Part shown: positions 62,516 through 64,000 of the stretch, one piece after another | Layout of the letters: every line of letters starts with the position of its first letter | Position numbering within the stretch: the first letter of the stretch is position 1 | Assembly (NCBI GenBank): GCA_003427395.1 | Contig: BFEA01000007.1 | Location: forward strand, 2,140,641 to 2,204,640 | Source: Chara braunii | Lineage: Eukaryota > Plantae > Charophyceae | Direction of reading: 5' to 3' | Length of the DNA: 64,000 nucleotides | Notes under the pieces: generated by a model | The model's database searches: none | What the model saw: only the letters and a program-made list of their open reading frames with translations | Told to the model about the DNA's origin: nothing | Position numbers and translations under genes: made by a program

Positions 62516-64000
62516 ATTTATTTTATTTTATTTTTTGAAACGCCCCCTTCTGTGCTAGTGGTGCTGGTAGGAGCAGACACCACTATCACCTGGGGAGAGG
62601 CTCCATCTGTTGGTGGGGAGCATCACCTGCTGAAAAACGGGTTCAGCGTCCCTTATACAGAAAAGAAATTAGCTGGGATGTCTGAAGCTTTGCACAGTGA
62701 CTGTGAGCCTGCCAACATTGATTACCCTGCGACCCATGGGATTGACTGAACAGGTCTATACAGTGTCCTTTGTTGGAATCCTTTGTATATTTGGAGAGCT
62801 GCCTTTGCCTTCTGTATCTCTTCACCCTCGAAGGATTGGCGCCTGATGAGCAGTTAAGGACTAATACCATTCAGCAAGACAACAATTTTTTCCATCCCAT
62901 GCTACCCTTCACCCGTGATCCCCCCGTACCATTCCATTTCAACCAGAGCAAGAGGGGGGGGGGGGGAGAAGTCCGAAAAATCTGAGAAAGGTCTGAGTGG
63001 GATAGAGGGGTCGATTTGGATCCAGTCATGGAAACATAAGTGATAATCCCTTTCCCCTGCCTCGATATCTTCTCCCTGTTTCTCCTCACCTTTCCATATT
63101 ACCATAGCGATCCCAACCCCTTTTCCCCCGCCCAGCCAGTCTTGATAGAACTTCTCGATAAGTAGTCCAATTTTACGTTTGGAATGCAGGAATGTAATTT
63201 TTTCCTTGAACTTTTCCCATTGGATATAAATATCTTGCTGTATTTGTTCTTTTATTGAATTGATAAACTCCGTTCCATCCCGGCGCACCCCTTCCATTTC
63301 GAGTGTGCATCGCCTCCACCAGATGGCCCAGATCACCGCCCTGCGGCTGATTTTGAACATATTTTCTTCAAAGGGAGTGGCTTGCTCTGAGATACATGCC
63401 TCACAGAGGAGTGCTCTCCAATCCCATGGCCAAGGTTGTGAGGTGTCCAATTGCCTCCATATGGGATCCCACCATCTCCACAACCATTTTGCTGGCGGGC
63501 ACTGTAAAAACATGTGCTCTATAGTTTCTGGCCATTTTCGAGGCGGGAAGGATGTTGTGCATAGCTTACACCATGGGAGTGCAACTCCCTTTTGTNCTAG
63601 GTGTGTTCTATCTATCAGCCAGTCATTTGTTGGCAGGGACCTGTGCTCTATTTGCCATTGGCGCGAGACCAATTTTGTTGGCATGGCCCTGTTCGTTTTA
63701 AACCACTTGACCTGTCGTAGCGAGTCTCTCCCAATGTTCAGGTTTTCATCCAACGTGCTTCAACCACCTGTTTCAAATTTACTCTCAGTCGCAGCATTCG
63801 GTAGGTCGCCTTGATTGAGAGGGATTGCAACCGCTGCACCCCCAATTTTCCTTTCCCACATTTCTGGGACCATATCCATTCATCGGGGTCAAGCGGTAGT
63901 GTCTAGATTGGCTTGTTCGGTTTGTACGCTATCCATTGGTATTTTTCTTTAAGAACGCGGATACGGTATACTTCCGACTGCCGATACCATGTCGTTTCTT
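62516..64000 (-). mobile_element. 3' part of an L1/Tx1-type LINE (C-terminal zinc-binding region), running off the window
   Basis: ORF 62902-63753 has CKLC...ETIEHMFLQCP...WLWRWW...IWAIWWRRC. A-rich tail on the minus strand at about 62516-62536 abuts the Gypsy chromodomain. Confidence 0.85.

Overview
Eukaryotic, repeat-dominated intergenic window with several N gaps and no intact protein-coding gene. The style of the Ty3/Gypsy ORFs, the (AG)n/(TG)n microsatellites, the plant-type GET3 exon and the non-angiosperm-type mitochondrial tRNAs suggest a charophyte alga such as Chara (inference only). Main contents: two decayed Ty3/Gypsy elements (about 8.1-13.0 kb on -, about 56.8-62.5 kb on +); solo and partial LTRs; three decayed L1/Tx1-type LINEs (about 20.8-22.6, 36.4-45.2 and 62.5-64 kb, all on -); at least five TIR elements, four with clearly readable TSDs; an orphan frameshifted GET3/ArsA exon; a tRNA-derived SINE-like element; a small NUMT-like patch with two decayed tRNAs; and many tandem repeats. 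The most unusual signal is three spliceosomal snRNA fragments. Two are U2 pieces in opposite orientation carried inside a 2-kb hAT-like element, one of them a TSD-flanked poly(A) retrocopy with a compensatory pair in stem IIa. The third is a U6 catalytic-core piece whose ACAGAGA box is replaced. All similarities were judged by eye from remembered consensus sequences; no searches were run.
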